Shown: piece after piece, positions 61,401 to 64,000 of the stretch | How positions within the stretch are numbered: position 1 is the stretch's first letter | How the letters are laid out: the number at the start of each line of letters is the position of its first letter | From: the human T2T-CHM13v2.0 reference genome, Homo sapiens | DNA: 64,000 nt | Reading direction: 5' to 3' (one strand) | Assembly (NCBI RefSeq): GCF_009914755.1 | Contig: NC_060927.1 | Position numbers and translations under genes: made by a program | Notes under the pieces: model-generated | What the model was told of the DNA's origin: nothing | The model's input: only the letters and a program-made list of their open reading frames with translations | Database searches by the model: none

Positions 61401-63554
61401 TAAAATATCAAAGTACACTAGATATATATTCTATAGTGTACATAAAATATCAAAATACCCAAACTATACATTATATACTGTACATAAAATACGAGATTAC
61501 ATCAAATATATATTATATTTGGTACATAAAATATGAAAGTACATCAAATATAGATTATATACTGTACATAAAATATCAAAGTACCCCGAATATATATTAT
61601 ATACTCTACATGAAATATCAAAGTTCACAAACTATATATTATATACTGTACATAAAATATCAAAGTACCCAAGGTATATATTCTATACTGTACAAAAGAT
61701 ATCAAAGTACCCAAAGCATGTATTATATACTGTATATAAAATATGAAAGTACATTAAATATATATTTTATTCTGTACATAAAATATCAAAGTACACCAGA
61801 TATATATTCTATAGTGTAGATAAAATAACAAAGTACACAAACTATAAATTATATACTGTACATAAAATATGAAATTACATCAAATATATATTAGGTACAT
61901 AAAATATGAAAGTACATCAAATATAGATTATATACTGAACATATAATATCAATGTACCCCAAATATATATTTGATACTCTACATGAAATATCAAAGTTCA
62001 GAAACCATACATTATATACTGTACATAAAATATCAAAGTTCCCAAGGTATATATTCTATACTGTACAAAAAATATCAAAGTACCCAAAGCATGTATTATA
62101 TACTGTACATAATATATGAAAGTACATCAAATATATATTTTATTCTGTACATAAAATATCAAAGTACACCAGATATATATTCTATAGTGTACATAAAATA
62201 TCAAAGAACCCAAACTATACATTATATACTGTACATAAAATATGAAATTACATCAAATATATATTAGGTACATAAAATATGAAAGTATATCAAATATAGA
62301 TTATATATTGTACATAAAATATCAAAGTACCCCAAATATATATTATATACTCTACATGAAATATCAAAGTTCACAAACTATATATTATATACTGTACATA
62401 AAATATCAAAGTACCCAAGGTATATATTCTATACTGTACAAAAAATATCAAGGTACCCAAAGCATGTATTATATACTGTACATAAAATATGAAAGTACAT
62501 CAAATATATATTTTATTCTGTACATAAAATATCAAAGTACACCAGATATATATTCTATAGTGTACATAAAATAACAAAGTACACAAACTATACATTATAT
62601 ACTGTACATAAAATATGAAATTACATCAAATATATATTAGGTACATAAAATATGAAAGAACATTAAACATAGATTATATACTGTACAAAAAATATCAAAG
62701 TACCCCAAATATATATTATATACTCTACATGAAATATCAAAGTTCACAAACTATATATTATATACTGTACATAAAATATCAAAGTACCCAAGGTATATAT
62801 TCTATACTGTAAAAAAAATATCAGAGTACCCAAAGCATGTATTATATACTGTACATAAAATATGAAAGTACATCAAATATATATTTAATTCTGTACTTAA
62901 TATATCAAAGTACACCGGATATATATTCTATAGTGTACATAAAATAACAAAGTACACAAACTATAAATTATATACTGTACATAAAATATGAAATTACATC
63001 AAATATATATTAGGTACATAAAATATGAAAGTACATCAAATATAGATTATATACTGTACATAAAATATCAATGTACCCCAAATATATATTTTATACTATA
63101 CATGAAATATCAAAGTTCACAAACCATATTTTGTATACTGTACATAAAATATCAAAGTACCCAAGGTATATATTTTATACTCTACAAAAAATATCAAAAT
63201 ACCCAAAGCATGTATTATATACTGTACATAAAATATGAAAGTACATCGAATATATATTTTATTCTGTACATAAAATATCAAAGTACACCAGATATATATT
63301 CTATAGTGTACATAAAATATCAAAGTACCCAAACTATACATTATATTCTGTACATAAAATATGAAATTACATCAAATATATATTAGGTACATAAAATATG
63401 AAAGTACATCAAATATAGATTATATACTGTACATAAAATATCAAAGTACCCCAAATATATATTATATACTCTACATGAAATATCAAAGTTCACAAACTAT
63501 ATATTATATTCTGTACATAAAATATGAAATTACATCAAATATATAGTATATTAG
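40441..63554 (+). repeat. HSat1A sub-array domain B (373-bp-unit rich, no 536-bp 13-mers)
   Basis: Runs of six consecutive short units (42573-44811, 49645-51880, 53755-55993). The domain A diagnostic variant cassette is absent (the isolated TATAGCGTAC SNV does occur at ~52460 and ~60315). B has its own variants: CAAATTTCAC, CAACGTACCC, AAAATAAAGTAC, CAAAGGATG, TGTACTTAATATATC. Confidence 0.85.
49590..63500 (+). repeat. Tandem duplication, period 7,855 bp (21 nine-mer units: 5 long, 16 short), about 1.8 copies
   Basis: Offsets 49901/57756, 50761/58616, 51393/59248, 52631/60486, 53263/61118, 54760/62615 and 55133/62988 all equal 7,855; 21x373+5x5-3 = 7,855. Confidence 0.92.
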
Positions 63555-64000
63555 GTACATAAAATATGAAAGTACATCAAATATATATTTTATTCTGTAC
63601 ATAAAATATCAAAGAACACCAGATATATATTCTATAGTGTACATAAAATATCAAAGTACCCAAACTATACATTATATACTGTACATAAAATATGAAATTA
63701 CATCATATATATATTAGGTACATAAAATATGAAAGTACATCAAATATATATTTTATTCTGTACATAAAATATCAAAGTACACCAGATATATATTCTATAG
63801 TGTACTTAAAATAACAAAGTACACAAACTATAAATTATATACTGTACATAAAATATGAAATTACATCAAATATATATTAGGTACATAAAATATGAAAGTA
63901 CATCAAATATAGATTATATACTGTACATATAATATCAATGTACCCGAAATATATATTTTATACTCTACATGAAATATCAAAGTTCACAAACCATATATTG
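63555..64000 (+). repeat. Return to domain A-type sequence
   Basis: 63555-64000 matches 1258-1703 (offset 62,297), including AAAGAACACC, CATCATATAT, the m4-m7s duplication, TACCCGAAAT and CCATATATTG; one substitution noted (TGTACTTAAA at ~63806). Confidence 0.85.

Larger units (their letters stand above)
1..64000 (+). repeat. HSat1A (SAR / classical human satellite I) tandem array, 42-bp monomer (17+25 bp), pericentromeric or acrocentric-type heterochromatin; roughly 1,500 monomers, all in one orientation
   Basis: Seen: continuous 42-bp periodicity (e.g. TGTACATA at 4, 46, 88), 17-mer ACATAAAATAT[C/G]AAAGT alternating with a 25-mer ending TATATACTGT, GTAC in most sub-units, about 21% GC and no CpG in the consensus. 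Established: this 17+25-bp RsaI-defined 42-mer is the HSat1A monomer. The chromosome, and human versus a closely related ape, cannot be determined from the sequence alone. Confidence 0.96.

Noticed and set aside
45577-63341. Minus-strand ORFs (45577, 48200, 55262, 63117) as a sign of an inversion or antisense gene
   Set aside because: The repeat orientation is unchanged there; the ORFs arise from point variants that remove stops on the reverse strand.
218-63546. More than 150 ORFs in the six-frame track as protein-coding genes
   Set aside because: They are translations of a 42-bp satellite. Starts and stops follow repeat variants, frameshifting 5-bp deletions and nonsense variants are frequent, and there is no domain-like or unique sequence.
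1-64000. CRISPR-like array (conserved 17-bp repeat with variable 25-bp spacers)
   Set aside because: The apparent spacers are homologous to each other and cycle through nine types. There are no unique spacers, leader or cas genes.
1-64000. Alpha satellite, CENP-B boxes, HSat2/3 or HSat1B
   Set aside because: No 171-bp period, CENP-B box, CATTC repeats or Alu-derived segment was seen.
1-64000. TATA-like boxes (TATAAA, TATATA) and TGTACA palindromes as promoters or hairpins
   Set aside because: Expected from the composition and repeated in every unit. The palindromes are only 6-8 bp and nothing singles out any one site.
1-64000. Single ~62.3-kb mega-repeat (A+B) explaining the match of the window end to 1258-1703
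   Set aside because: It would require positions 1-1257 to match 62.3-63.55 kb (domain B type), but they are domain A type.
1-64000. Assignment to a specific chromosome
   Set aside because: HSat1A arrays occur on several chromosomes, and no flanking unique sequence is present; this needs alignment to a T2T assembly.

Overview
The whole 64 kb window is one uninterrupted, single-orientation, AT-rich tandem satellite array (about 79% A+T in the hand-built 378-bp consensus). It matches human classical satellite 1A (HSat1A / Repbase SAR): 42-bp monomers made of a 17-bp part (ACATAAAATAT[C/G]AAAGT) and a 25-bp part (ACMYMAA...TATATACTGT), separated by GTAC (RsaI) sites and organised into a 9-monomer, 378-bp higher-order unit. 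I see no genes, transposon insertions, inversions or unique sequence. All ORFs in the track are by-products of a 42-bp (3n) repeat that has one stop-free frame. The information lies in the higher-order architecture. Domain A (1 to ~40.4 kb, resuming at ~63.55 kb) is built from 378+373 = 751-bp dimers punctuated by a 536-bp 13-mer and contains a near-identical 5,583-bp tandem duplication. Domain B (~40.4-63.55 kb) is dominated by 373-bp units, is more diverged at its left edge, and contains a 7,855-bp (21-unit) tandem duplication. B is flanked by a ~250-bp direct repeat of one A-type variant unit. The most speculative observation is that the + strand carries a perfect Pumilio response element (UGUACAUA) at about 6 of every 9 monomer junctions. 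Unit coordinates were derived by hand from the ATGAAAT(A/T)TCAAAGTTCA landmark and the ORF track; breakpoints are approximate.
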